From NCBI GenBank assembly GCA_965371015.1, contig CBDUWU010000001.1, forward strand, positions 1,368 to 65,367: 64,000 nt of DNA. Direction: 5' to 3'. Of this stretch, positions 54,919 through 64,000 are shown one piece after another. Source of the stretch: an uncultured bacterium (GTDB taxonomy: Bacteria > Krumholzibacteriota > Krumholzibacteriia > WVZY01 > JAKEHA01). The notes under the pieces were generated by a model. That model saw nothing but the letters and a program-made list of their open reading frames with translations, was not told where the DNA came from and ran no database searches. The first letter of the stretch is position 1. Each line of letters starts with the position of its first letter. Position numbers and translations under genes: made by a program.

Positions 54919-55803
54919 ATGTTCAACCTCAAGGAAAAGCTGCAAAAGACGAGAGAGAATTTCGTCAATCCTCTGAAAAGGATATTTCAACGCGGTGGGG
55001 AGCTGAGCGATGACGACGAGTACGAGCTCGAGGAGTTGCTGCTCAGCGCGGACATCGGGGTGGACGCGTGTGACCGTATCGTGGAAGTACTGCGCGAGAG
55101 CGGCCACGAAAGCGACTACCGCGAGTGTTTGCGTCGCGAATTTCTGGACCTGCTCGGTGACGGGGAAGACGCGCGCCGAGACAATGTGACGGGCACCCGC
55201 GCCATCGTGGTCATCGGCGTGAACGGTGTCGGCAAAACGACGAGTATCGCCAAGTTGGCCAACTTCTTCAAGGAACGTGGGGAGTCGGTGGTACTGGCGG
55301 CGTGCGACACCTTCCGGGCGGCGGCGGTGGACCAGCTGCGTGTCTGGGCCGACCGGGTGGGCGTCGACTTGATCCAGCACCAGGAAGGTGGTGACCCGGG
55401 CGCCGTCGCATTCGACGCGTGCAAAGCGGCGAAAGCCCGAGGGACGGATGTGGTCGTCATCGATACAGCGGGCCGCCTGCACACTCGCGTCAATCTGATG
55501 GAAGAACTGAAAAAGATCAAACGCGTCTGCGAAAAGGTGCTGGGCCCGGATTCGGTGGAAACCCTCCTCGTTCTCGACGCCAACCTGGGGCAGAACAGCC
55601 TCATCCAGGCGTCCGAGTTCACGAAAGCTCTGGGCACCGACGGCATCATACTCACAAAGCTGGACAGCACAGCCAAGGGCGGCATTGTCATTGCGATCAA
55701 GCAGTCCCTGGGAATTCCCGTGCGCTACATCGGGGTCGGTGAACAGATCGGCGACTTCGACTCCTTCTCCGCCGACACATTTGTCGAAGCCCTCCTCGGA
55801 TGA
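54919..55803 (+). CDS. ftsY: signal recognition particle receptor FtsY (NG-domain-only form)
   Basis: VIGVNGVGKTTSIAKLA, DTAGRL, TKLDSTAKGG SRP GTPase motifs; 294 aa. Confidence 0.9.
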   Translation: MFNLKEKLQKTRENFVNPLKRIFQRGGELSDDDEYELEELLLSADIGVDACDRIVEVLRESGHESDYRECLRREFLDLLGDGEDARRDNVTGTRAIVVIGVNGVGKTTSIAKLANFFKERGESVVLAACDTFRAAAVDQLRVWADRVGVDLIQHQEGGDPGAVAFDACKAAKARGTDVVVIDTAGRLHTRVNLMEELKKIKRVCEKVLGPDSVETLLVLDANLGQNSLIQASEFTKALGTDGIILTKLDSTAKGGIVIAIKQSLGIPVRYIGVGEQIGDFDSFSADTFVEALLG

Positions 55804-55902
55804 ATGCCCCGGGTCCGGTACTGTCGTCCCCCTCGGCACCGGTGGCTGGGCCGGGTGGCGTAGGGAGTTAGTATAAAAGTAGTTATGGGTTGTGTAGGTC
55901 CT

Positions 55903-55931
55903 TGACATTCCCTTCACAAAGGCGTATCGTC
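55903..55931 (+). promoter_or_regulatory. candidate promoter TTGACA-17-TATCGT for the riboflavin operon
   Basis: TTGACA 55903-55908, TATCGT 55926-55931, ~8 nt before riboswitch P1. Confidence 0.3.
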
Positions 55932-55939
55932 ATCATATG

Positions 55940-56059
<120 letters not shown>

Positions 56060-56234
56060 TCATGGCAGGCGTACACGGCGCGCCCCTTTCCGGGGGCGGT
56101 GCAGGTTGACGTCCCCTCGGGGATGTCCGCCGGCTTATATATCCCTGTATTCTCCCTCGATTTCCCCCGATCGTTACCGGTAAAAGCCGCACAACTTGTA
56201 ATACGACCACGCGCCGGCCCCGACGCCGGCCGAT

Positions 56235-57404
56235 TTGAACATGGAGTATCAACCCGAAATCACCACGGGCAACGCCGGCACCACGTCGGGACGCGTCGAC
56301 GACGTGTTCATGACGAGGGCGCTCGAGCTCGCCTGGCAGGCCGCCGGGAAAACCAATCCCAACCCCCTCGTCGGTGCGGTCGTCGTCAAGGAAGGCACGG
56401 TCGTCGGCGAAGGATTTCATCACCGCTGCGGTGAGGCGCACGCCGAGATAGAGGCGTTGTTGCAGGCGGGTGAGGGAGCGAGGGACGCGACCATGTACGT
56501 CACCCTCGAGCCATGCGCCCACCATGGCCGGACCCCGCCGTGCGCCGGGCAACTGGTGGCGGCGGGAATACGCCGTGTCGTAATGCCGACAAGCGACCCC
56601 GATCCGAAGGTTCGCGGACGGGGCGTCGAAGTGCTTCGGTCAGCGGGGATTCGAGTCGACACCGGGTGCGCCGAGGCGGCCGCCATTGCCACCAATATCG
56701 CTTATTACAAGCAGCGCCTGGGGCTCGGTGCCACCGTTGTACTCAAGATGGCGGTCACGATCGACGGGAAGATCGCTTCCGCGCCCGGTCGGCGGGACCG
56801 GGTCAGTTCGGATGCGTCTCATCAATACGTCCACCGGTTGCGCGCGAACAGCGATGGTATCGCCGTCGGGATCAATACCGTGAAGACAGATGACCCCCGG
56901 CTCGACTGCCGTCTGATCGATTGCGGCGCCGCTCCGGTGCCCGTCGTCCTGGACGGGAATCTCGATCTGCCCGCCGACAACCGGTGGGCGAGGGAAGGAC
57001 GCCCCTTTGTGGTCGTCGGTGACGCTGCCGCCGGCGCCGCCGGCGCCAGAGCCGATGCCTTGCGCAAGGGCGGGGGGCGTGTGCTCTCGTGCGCGTCGGA
57101 CGGAGAAGGCCGGGTGGATGTCGCCCTGGCGACGCAGTTGTTGTCCGGCGCCGGCTTCGAGAGGATTCTGGTCGAGGGTGGAGGGCAGTTGTTTACGAGT
57201 TTTCTTCGCGCCGGATTATGGGATGCCATGTTTCTTTTCCATGCGCCGAGGGCATTCGGGAGCGGTGGGGTCCCGGTCTTCACGGACTCCGACCCGGTCG
57301 ATCCGGACACGGTCACCGTCGACGCGGTCCGGCTCGAAGGCGACTTTCTGCACAGGCATGTCAACCGCCGTACGTACGGTGAAATCGTTGCGAAATTGAA
57401 ATAA
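56235..57404 (+). CDS. ribD: bifunctional riboflavin biosynthesis protein RibD (deaminase/reductase); start uncertain (56235, 56241 or 56310)
   Basis: deaminase HAEIEAL and LEPCAHHGRTPPC; C-terminal RibD reductase domain ...VEGGGQL. Confidence 0.85.
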   Translation: MNMEYQPEITTGNAGTTSGRVDDVFMTRALELAWQAAGKTNPNPLVGAVVVKEGTVVGEGFHHRCGEAHAEIEALLQAGEGARDATMYVTLEPCAHHGRTPPCAGQLVAAGIRRVVMPTSDPDPKVRGRGVEVLRSAGIRVDTGCAEAAAIATNIAYYKQRLGLGATVVLKMAVTIDGKIASAPGRRDRVSSDASHQYVHRLRANSDGIAVGINTVKTDDPRLDCRLIDCGAAPVPVVLDGNLDLPADNRWAREGRPFVVVGDAAAGAAGARADALRKGGGRVLSCASDGEGRVDVALATQLLSGAGFERILVEGGGQLFTSFLRAGLWDAMFLFHAPRAFGSGGVPVFTDSDPVDPDTVTVDAVRLEGDFLHRHVNRRTYGEIVAKLK

Positions 57405-57419
57405 GAAAAAGGCTATGAA

Positions 57420-58028
57420 GTGTTCACCGGCATTATAGAAACCATCGGATCAATCGAATCCACGAAGCGCACGGCGGACGGCACCGCTGTTACCGTCGCG
57501 GCCGCCGGGTTCACCGATACCATACGGCTCGGTGACAGCGTTGCCGTTAACGGCGTCTGCCTGACAGCGGAACGGTGCGGCGGTGGTACGTTCACAGCGA
57601 CGGCCGTGGGCGAAACCCTGGCGCGCACGACCCTCGGCAACGCCCGCTCCGGTGACAGGGTCAACCTCGAGCAGGCCGCCACGCTCGATACGGCGCTCGG
57701 CGGGCACCTGGTGCAGGGACACGTCGACGGTGTCGGCAGGGTCAAATCGTTCGTCCGTACGGGAGGAAAGGCGGGGGGCGATCGCCTGCTGTCCATCGAG
57801 TTACCCGAAGACGTCTACAGTTACGTCGTGTCCAAGGGATCGATTGCGATCGACGGAATCAGCCTGACGGTCGTGGACAGGAAGCCGGGACGAATCATCA
57901 CAATTACGGTGATTCCGTTCACCATCGAGCGCACCATCGCGGACTCGTATACCCCGGGAGTCCAGGTCAATATCGAAGCAGACATTATCGGCAAATACGT
58001 AAAAGAATATCTAGACAGACTGAAATAA
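57420..58028 (+). CDS. ribE: riboflavin synthase alpha subunit (GTG start)
   Basis: (M)[11 protein letters not shown] and the repeated lumazine-binding half GHVDGVG...[14 protein letters not shown]. Confidence 0.85.
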   Translation: MFTGIIETIGSIESTKRTADGTAVTVAAAGFTDTIRLGDSVAVNGVCLTAERCGGGTFTATAVGETLARTTLGNARSGDRVNLEQAATLDTALGGHLVQGHVDGVGRVKSFVRTGGKAGGDRLLSIELPEDVYSYVVSKGSIAIDGISLTVVDRKPGRIITITVIPFTIERTIADSYTPGVQVNIEADIIGKYVKEYLDRLK

Positions 58029-58078
58029 GTTCGAATCATCACGTCACGGTGTCTGACGCCGAACACGGGAGACGACAA

Positions 58079-59359
58079 ATGGGTGTTTTTGCCACAATAG
58101 AAGAAGCGATCGATGAAATAAGAAGCGGCAGTATCGTGATTGTGGTCGACGACGAAGACCGCGAAAACGAAGGCGACATGGTGCTGGCCGCCGACAAAGT
58201 GACCGTCGAAAAGGTCAATTTTCTCACCAAGCACGCGCGGGGCCTGATCTGTGTGCCGGTCACACCCGAGCGATCCCACGAGCTGGACCTCCAGCCGATG
58301 GTGCAGCACAATACCTGCCAGTACGGGACGGCTTTCACGGTATCCGTCGATGTCACGAAAGGCACCACCACCGGGATCAGCGCGTTCGACCGCGCAGCCA
58401 CGATCGGGGCGCTCGTCGACCCCGCGGTGAGGGCGGCGGATTTCACGCGGCCGGGGCATATCTTTCCGCTGACGGCGTCAGCCGGAGGTGTTTTACGCCG
58501 CGCCGGTCACACCGAGGCGTCCGTGGACCTCGCCCGCCTGGCCGGATTGACGCCGGCGGGCGTTTTGTGCGAGATTCTCGATGACGATGGTTCGATGGCG
58601 AGACTGCCCCGTTTGAAACGGGTCGCGGAGGAGCACAATCTGAAGATCATCACGATCAGCGACTTGATCAAGTACCGGCGCAAGACGGAAAAGTTCGTCG
58701 AGATGGTGGAAGATGTGAAGTTCCCGACCGAATTCGGGAAGTTCAGCCTGCGGCTGTACAAGAGTTCGATCAGCGGCAATCTGCATTTTGCTCTCGTCAA
58801 GGGAACGGTTGGCGGCAGTGAACCAACGCTGGTGCGCGTCCATTCGCAGTGCTTTACCGGTGACGTGCTCGGTTCGCTTCGATGCGACTGCGGTCCCCAG
58901 TTGCACCGCTCGTTGATGCAGATCGAAAAGGTGGGGAGTGGTGTGTTGCTCTACATGAGGCAGGAGGGCCGTGGAATCGGGCTCGAGAACAAGATCAAGG
59001 CGTATGCGCTCCAGGAGCAGGGACTGGATACCGTCGAAGCCAACGCCTCACTCGGTTTTCCGCCGGATCTCCGCGACTACGGCGTTGGAGCGCAGATACT
59101 GTCCGATCTGGGCGTGAGCAAGATCAGGCTGTTGACCAACAATCCCAGAAAGGTTGTGGGGCTTTCGGCGTACGGACTGGAGATAGTGGAACGGGTCTCG
59201 ATCGAGATACCGGCGAACGAGAACAACCGCCGCTATCTGTCGACCAAGCACCACAAGCTGGGACACATGCTGACCCAGTTCGCGGATGCGGAACAGGAAT
59301 CAAATACGGATCAGAATCTGGATGAAACGGAAGGAAGAGGGGCAACCCATGCCAAGTGA
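58079..59359 (+). CDS. ribBA: bifunctional 3,4-dihydroxy-2-butanone-4-phosphate synthase / GTP cyclohydrolase II
   Basis: [12 protein letters not shown] (RibB) and CDCGPQL...RQEGRGIGL (RibA zinc site); GGGAG RBS before ATG 58079. Confidence 0.9.
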   Translation: MGVFATIEEAIDEIRSGSIVIVVDDEDRENEGDMVLAADKVTVEKVNFLTKHARGLICVPVTPERSHELDLQPMVQHNTCQYGTAFTVSVDVTKGTTTGISAFDRAATIGALVDPAVRAADFTRPGHIFPLTASAGGVLRRAGHTEASVDLARLAGLTPAGVLCEILDDDGSMARLPRLKRVAEEHNLKIITISDLIKYRRKTEKFVEMVEDVKFPTEFGKFSLRLYKSSISGNLHFALVKGTVGGSEPTLVRVHSQCFTGDVLGSLRCDCGPQLHRSLMQIEKVGSGVLLYMRQEGRGIGLENKIKAYALQEQGLDTVEANASLGFPPDLRDYGVGAQILSDLGVSKIRLLTNNPRKVVGLSAYGLEIVERVSIEIPANENNRRYLSTKHHKLGHMLTQFADAEQESNTDQNLDETEGRGATHAK

Positions 59360-59831
59360 ACACCAGGCGATTCTCGACGCGAGGGACAAGCGCGTCGCCA
59401 TCGTGGTCAGTCGTTTCAATGAGCACATAACCCGGAAACTCGTCGACGGAGCCGTCGACTGCCTCGTCCGCCACGGCGCCGACGAGTCTAATATCGACGT
59501 GTACTGGGTGTCGGGGGCGTTCGAACTGCCGCAGGCGACGGCCAGGATTTTGAAGAAAAACGGCAATGTGGATGGAGCGCTTTGCCTCGGCGCGCTGATA
59601 CGCGGCGAAACCAGCCATTTCGACATCCTCGCGTCTACGGTGGCGCGCTCGATCGACTCGCTGGCCACGGGCGGCGATACTCCGATTGCGTTCGGTGTGA
59701 TTACAGCCGATACTGTGGAACAGGCCGTCGACCGTGCGGGCGGGAAGCACGGCAATCAGGGCTGGCACAGCGCGTTGGCGCTCATCGATCTGATGAATCT
59801 CTGGTGCGGCACCAGCGGTTCAAAAGGCTGA
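59349..59831 (+). CDS. ribH: 6,7-dimethyl-8-ribityllumazine synthase
   Basis: [28 protein letters not shown] motifs. Confidence 0.9.
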   Translation: MPSEHQAILDARDKRVAIVVSRFNEHITRKLVDGAVDCLVRHGADESNIDVYWVSGAFELPQATARILKKNGNVDGALCLGALIRGETSHFDILASTVARSIDSLATGGDTPIAFGVITADTVEQAVDRAGGKHGNQGWHSALALIDLMNLWCGTSGSKG

Positions 59832-59842
59832 GAGCCGTAAGA

Positions 59843-60259
59843 ATGGGAAAACGACGCAAAGCGAGGGAAATTGTGCTCCAGGCGCTCTACGAGGCCGAGT
59901 TCTCGGAGAAGACGCGCGAGCAGATCTTTGCAGAGCAGATCGAGCGTCGCGGACCCGCGGCCGATACGGCCGAGCACGCGCGCAATCTGTTCTATGCGAC
60001 TATGGAGCACGTGTCTGACCTCGACGACCGGATAGAAGCGTCGCTGGAAAACTGGGACATGAAGAGGATCTCGCTGGTGGACAAAAACATATTGCGATTT
60101 GCGTTGACCGAGATATTGTACTTCGAAGAGATTCCGTCAAAGGTCATTATCAACGAGGCGATCGAGATTGCGCACCGCTATAGCTCGGCGGACGCGGGCC
60201 GGTTCATCAATGGCCTCCTCGACCGTTTCGTGAGGGAGTTCCGGAGAGGCGTCGTTTGA
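59843..60259 (+). CDS. nusB: transcription antitermination factor NusB
   Basis: REIVLQALYEAEF...ILRFALTEIL...ADAGRFINGLLD typical NusB; follows ribH as in many bacteria. Confidence 0.85.
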   Translation: MGKRRKAREIVLQALYEAEFSEKTREQIFAEQIERRGPAADTAEHARNLFYATMEHVSDLDDRIEASLENWDMKRISLVDKNILRFALTEILYFEEIPSKVIINEAIEIAHRYSSADAGRFINGLLDRFVREFRRGVV

Positions 60260-60987
60260 AACACCTCGTCTTTTCAGATGTTCACGGCAACCTCGAAGCC
60301 CTCGATGCGGTCCTTGCCCGCGGCGAAGAGGCGGGCGTGGAGTTTCACGTGTGTCTCGGCGATATTGTCGGCTATGGAGCCGATCCCAACGCGTGCATCG
60401 AAACGATTCGGTCGCTGCCCGCTTTCGCGTGCGTCAAAGGTAACCACGACGCCGCCGTGATCGACCCCGGCGAACGGTCGTTTTTCCACTCGGTGGCCCT
60501 GGAGGGTGTGCACTTCACCGAGGCGACGTTGACCGACGAGAACAAGCAGTTCTTAGCGACACTACCGTATACTTATACCTCGGACGGCCTTTTCGTCGCG
60601 GTCCACGCGTCTCCGTTCCGGCCGGAATCCTGGGAATACGTACTCGACCAGGGGGGAGCAAAGCGGGCGTTTGGCGCGATGCGGCACCAGCTTGCGTTCA
60701 TTGGCCACTCCCACACACCGGTGGTGTTCAGGGACGACGGCCGCGCGGAACGATGTCTCCCCGGGGACCGTCTCGAGATAGAGGACGGAATCAGGTACGT
60801 GGTCAACGTCGGGAGTGTCGGGCAGCCGCGCGACGGCAACCCGGATGCGTCGTTCGTTGTCTTCGACGACGAGACGCGCACGGCGGAGATCCTTCGCGTG
60901 GAATACGACAGAAAAACGGCGGCGGAAAAGATACTGAAAGCAGGCCTCCCGCCGGTGCTCGCGGAACGACTCCTTGTAGGTTATTAA
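60256..60987 (+). CDS. metallophosphoesterase (calcineurin-like, YfcE/MJ0936 family)
   Basis: FSDVHGN, GDIVGYG, GNHD, GHSH metal-ligand motifs. Confidence 0.7.
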   Translation: MKHLVFSDVHGNLEALDAVLARGEEAGVEFHVCLGDIVGYGADPNACIETIRSLPAFACVKGNHDAAVIDPGERSFFHSVALEGVHFTEATLTDENKQFLATLPYTYTSDGLFVAVHASPFRPESWEYVLDQGGAKRAFGAMRHQLAFIGHSHTPVVFRDDGRAERCLPGDRLEIEDGIRYVVNVGSVGQPRDGNPDASFVVFDDETRTAEILRVEYDRKTAAEKILKAGLPPVLAERLLVGY

Positions 60988-60995
60988 CGCAATCG

Positions 60996-61760
60996 ATGGC
61001 CAAGACATCCGAAAAGAAGCATTGGGACGAGTTCTGGGCGTCGTCCCGGGACCTCGAAGAGGTCTACGCGAACGACGACCGGATCATCGAGAACCTGGTG
61101 TCCGTGATCGACCTCGAGGGTAAGCGAATCCTCGAAGTGGGGGCGGGGACCGGGCGAGACAGCGAGACGCTCTCGTCGAAGGGCGCCGAGGTCTGGACGC
61201 TGGACTACAGCGAAGAATCGCTGCGGTTGATGGCGAACAACATCGAGCAGCCGGTCCGAATCGTGTGCGGTGACGCTTTCGCTCTTCCGTTCGCGTCGGA
61301 TTCTTTCGACGTCGTTTTTCACCAGGGACTGCTGGAACACTTCACGAATCCCGGTCCCGGAGACATCCTCGCCGAAAACCATCGTGTCCTCAAACCGGGC
61401 GGTCACGTGCTGGCCGACGTCCCCCAGCGTTTCCACTATTACACGCTTGCCAAACACGTGCTGATGTTTTTTGACAAGTGGTTCGCCGGCTGGGAAACGG
61501 AGTTCTCTCCGAAGGAAATCGAATCGATGGTCGAGGACGCCGGGTTCGAGATCGTCTCCACCTACGGTCACAATTTGTATCCGCCCATCTGGTACCGGGG
61601 TGTCCGCAAAGTGCTGGCACGCAAGAGTATTAAAATGCCGATGTACCCGTTCGATTCGCCGGGGTTTAGCTACGCGCGCCGCGGTTTCAAGCGGGCGTTG
61701 CCTCACCGCGCCGTTCTCAATACGTCGATGGTCGTCGGCTGTATCGGCCGGAAGCGTTAG
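60996..61760 (+). CDS. class I SAM-dependent methyltransferase
   Basis: motif I LEVGAGTGRDS, motif post-II LKPGGHVL. Confidence 0.7.
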   Translation: MAKTSEKKHWDEFWASSRDLEEVYANDDRIIENLVSVIDLEGKRILEVGAGTGRDSETLSSKGAEVWTLDYSEESLRLMANNIEQPVRIVCGDAFALPFASDSFDVVFHQGLLEHFTNPGPGDILAENHRVLKPGGHVLADVPQRFHYYTLAKHVLMFFDKWFAGWETEFSPKEIESMVEDAGFEIVSTYGHNLYPPIWYRGVRKVLARKSIKMPMYPFDSPGFSYARRGFKRALPHRAVLNTSMVVGCIGRKR

Positions 61761-61779
61761 AGGAAGGAAGCCGGTAACA

Positions 61780-62901
61780 GTGAATCTCGTGGCGGTCAAC
61801 TGGCGCGATCTCCGCGACCCCGACGGGGGTGGTGCGGAAATTCATCTCTACGAAATTCTGCGGCGCATGGCGCACCGTGGACACCGGGTGACATGGTTTT
61901 CGTGCAGGTTTCCCGGCGCGGCTGAACGCGATTCGTACGACGGTATCGACGTCGTTCGCAAGGGCACCTGGTACAACGCCAACTTCGTCATTCCCCGGGC
62001 GGTCAAGGCGTTCCTGCGCAGGGAAAAGGTCGATCTCGTGGTCGAGGATATCAACAAGATCCCGTTCTATATGCCCTGGTATGTCGACGTTCCGGTGATG
62101 CCGGTAATTCCGCACCTGTTCGGCAAGACCGTTTTTCGCGAGACGAATCCCCTTTTCGCGTCGTACGTCTACGCGTGGGAGCAGTTGATACCCCGCGTCT
62201 TTCGCGACTGCCGTTTTGGCGTGATCAGCCCGAGTACCAGGGACGATCTGGTGTCACGGGGGGTGCCGGAAAAGAACGTGAATGTTGTCCTGTGCGGCCT
62301 CGACCACGACCGTTTCCGGGTCGTCGACGGACTCTCGCGGTTCGACAATCCGACGATCGTTCACTTCGGCCGCGTTCGCAAGTACAAGGCGATCGACGTT
62401 GTTATCGAGGCGTTCGCGCTGATCCGCCGGAAGCTGCCCGAAGCCCGGCTGGTAATTATCGGAGACGGTCCGGCGTTGCCGGCGCTGGAGTCGCTCGCCG
62501 GTAAGCTGGGGCTGAGAGATGCCGTTGAGTTTACCGGCCGTCTCGAGACCGCAAAGATGGTCGAAGTGCTGAACAGGAGCCATCTGTTCATGAACGCCAG
62601 CCCCAAGGAGGGTTGGGGGCTGACGGTACTCGAGGCCAACGCGTGCGGTGTCCCCGTGGTGGGGAGCGACCGTCCCGGCCTCAAGGATTCGATTCTCCAC
62701 GAGAAAACAGGGTTCCTCGTCGAGTATGGCGACGCGCGGGCTTTTGCCGCCAGGGGGCTGGAGCTGCTTACCGATACAGCATTATGGGATCGTATGAGCC
62801 GGGCCGGCCTGGAGTGGGCGCGGTCTTTGACGTGGGACCGGACCGCCAACGAGATGGAGCAGTTGTTTCTGCGCGAAGCCGGGGAGCGGCCGCCGGCATG
62901 A
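61780..62901 (+). CDS. glycosyltransferase GT4 family (GTG start)
   Basis: NASPKEGWGLTVLEANACGVPVVGSDRPGLKDSILHEKTGFLV (EX7E region). Confidence 0.8.
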   Translation: MNLVAVNWRDLRDPDGGGAEIHLYEILRRMAHRGHRVTWFSCRFPGAAERDSYDGIDVVRKGTWYNANFVIPRAVKAFLRREKVDLVVEDINKIPFYMPWYVDVPVMPVIPHLFGKTVFRETNPLFASYVYAWEQLIPRVFRDCRFGVISPSTRDDLVSRGVPEKNVNVVLCGLDHDRFRVVDGLSRFDNPTIVHFGRVRKYKAIDVVIEAFALIRRKLPEARLVIIGDGPALPALESLAGKLGLRDAVEFTGRLETAKMVEVLNRSHLFMNASPKEGWGLTVLEANACGVPVVGSDRPGLKDSILHEKTGFLVEYGDARAFAARGLELLTDTALWDRMSRAGLEWARSLTWDRTANEMEQLFLREAGERPPA

Positions 62902-63875
62902 GAAACATCCTGTCACGGCACAAAACCACGCTGAAAATCGTCGTCAGCACGGCGCTGATGGCGTTTCTGATCAACAAGATATCAGTCGGGGAGTTCGTTC
63001 GCCTCGTGGCGGCCATCGATCCCGGCGTGTTCGCTGCCGGAGTGGGGTGCTTATTTCTCAGCAACCTGATGGGGGCATACCAGTGGCACCAGCTGCTCGG
63101 CGCGAGTGGCGTTTCGCTGACTTTCAAACAGACCTTTCGCTTCTACTTCGTGGGGTTGTTTTTCAACAATTTCATGCCGGCGAACATAGGCGGGGACGCT
63201 GTCAAGGTGTATGACCTCACCCGGGTCGGCAGCAGCGTCTACCAGGTCATCGCCGTCACCCTCCTCGACCGCGTGCTGGGTATCTTCAGCCTCTGTGTGC
63301 TCGCCGTCGCCGCGACCGTTTACCTGGCGCGAGCGGATGTCGGCGGACCGTACGCGATATACCTGGTCGTATTTGTGGCCTGCATGATTCCGGCGCTGGG
63401 ATTCTACTTCTTCAAGCCGCTGGGTAACTTGCTGCGACGGCTGGTCGGGCTGATCCGCCCGCTGTCGCTCGATACAAGGATTGCATCTATACTGGACTAC
63501 CTGGGCGAGTTCAAGGGGCGCAAGCCGCTGGTATCGCGCCTCGTGGGGCTCTCGCTCGTCATCCAGACACTCCGCGTATTAACCCACGTACTCATCGGCC
63601 TGTCCCTCGGTATCACGCTGGATTTCACCGTCTTATGCCAGTTTTTTGTCTTTGTGCCGCTGTTGAGCCTTGCTATGATTCCGCCGGTCACCATCAACGG
63701 TCTCGGCATCAGGGAGGGGCTCGGCATCCTGCTGTTCGCCAACGCTGGTCTGGGAGAGACGGACGCCTTTACCATGGAATTTCTGACCTACATGGTGTCA
63801 GTTGTGGTCAGCCTGGTCGGGTTTTTGTTTTTCGTCTCGCGGCGGAATGGAACAAACGACGATGCCGGACGTTAA
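62898..63875 (+). CDS. lysylphosphatidylglycerol-synthase-TM-like / flippase-like (UPF0104) membrane protein
   Basis: 8 predicted TM helices; GGDAVKVY and PxTINGLGIREG-like motifs recalled from LPG_synthase_TM family; ATGA overlap with preceding GT. Confidence 0.6.
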   Translation: MRNILSRHKTTLKIVVSTALMAFLINKISVGEFVRLVAAIDPGVFAAGVGCLFLSNLMGAYQWHQLLGASGVSLTFKQTFRFYFVGLFFNNFMPANIGGDAVKVYDLTRVGSSVYQVIAVTLLDRVLGIFSLCVLAVAATVYLARADVGGPYAIYLVVFVACMIPALGFYFFKPLGNLLRRLVGLIRPLSLDTRIASILDYLGEFKGRKPLVSRLVGLSLVIQTLRVLTHVLIGLSLGITLDFTVLCQFFVFVPLLSLAMIPPVTINGLGIREGLGILLFANAGLGETDAFTMEFLTYMVSVVVSLVGFLFFVSRRNGTNDDAGR

Positions 63876-63905
63876 AGTAGCAATGCTAAGGGTTTAAACG
63901 AACAA

Positions 63906-64000
63906 TGGCAAAAGTACCTACCCATAATCAGCCCCCTGAATCGTCGAGTCCGGCGCCGGCAAGTGCCTTTGGCGCGACGCCCGAAAACGGCACCCGTTGG
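63906..64000 (+). CDS. hypothetical protein, 5' fragment running off the window
   Basis: ATG at 63906 (MAKVPTHNQPPESSSPAPASAFGATPENGTRW...) open to the window end. Confidence 0.25.

Overview
High-GC bacterial chromosomal segment, densely coding and almost entirely on the + strand. Housekeeping genes sit in several blocks whose order resembles Firmicutes chromosomes: tRNA-Ser/Ser/Ala - large SRP RNA - dnaX - ybaB - recR; pgpA - cinA - thpR - recA - recX - alaS; ispE - spoVG - tRNA-Gln - prs - rplY(ctc) - pth - rpsF - rpsR - rplI; smc - ftsY; FMN riboswitch - ribD - ribE - ribBA - ribH - nusB. Interleaved are genes typical of diderm and possibly gliding bacteria: a GldA-like ATPase, a fused GldF-GldG permease and a DUF4340 protein in one ABC operon; an MglB-MglA GTPase pair; a Wza-like exporter; a TonB-C protein; an LpoA-like TPR/PBP lipoprotein; a tandem-amidase lipoprotein; and a SPOR-domain protein. 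Two glycan loci are present (22.9-35.2 kb; 60.3-63.9 kb, running off the window end). No transposase, integrase, CRISPR array or recognisable defence gene is present. The most unusual items are domain architectures and cis elements: a WecA-family phosphotransferase fused to a degenerate CapD-like domain; a DPPR-synthase-like UbiA prenyltransferase next to DUF362 with an intergenic C10G7 tract; a pseudo-ParA/MinD - proline-repeat - TM - SPOR protein; RecA with a 6 x 18-bp repeat tail; an orphan selA behind a perfect 17-bp palindrome; and a ~275-nt Bacillus-type SRP RNA. All calls rest on reading the translations and sequence by eye; no database searches were run.
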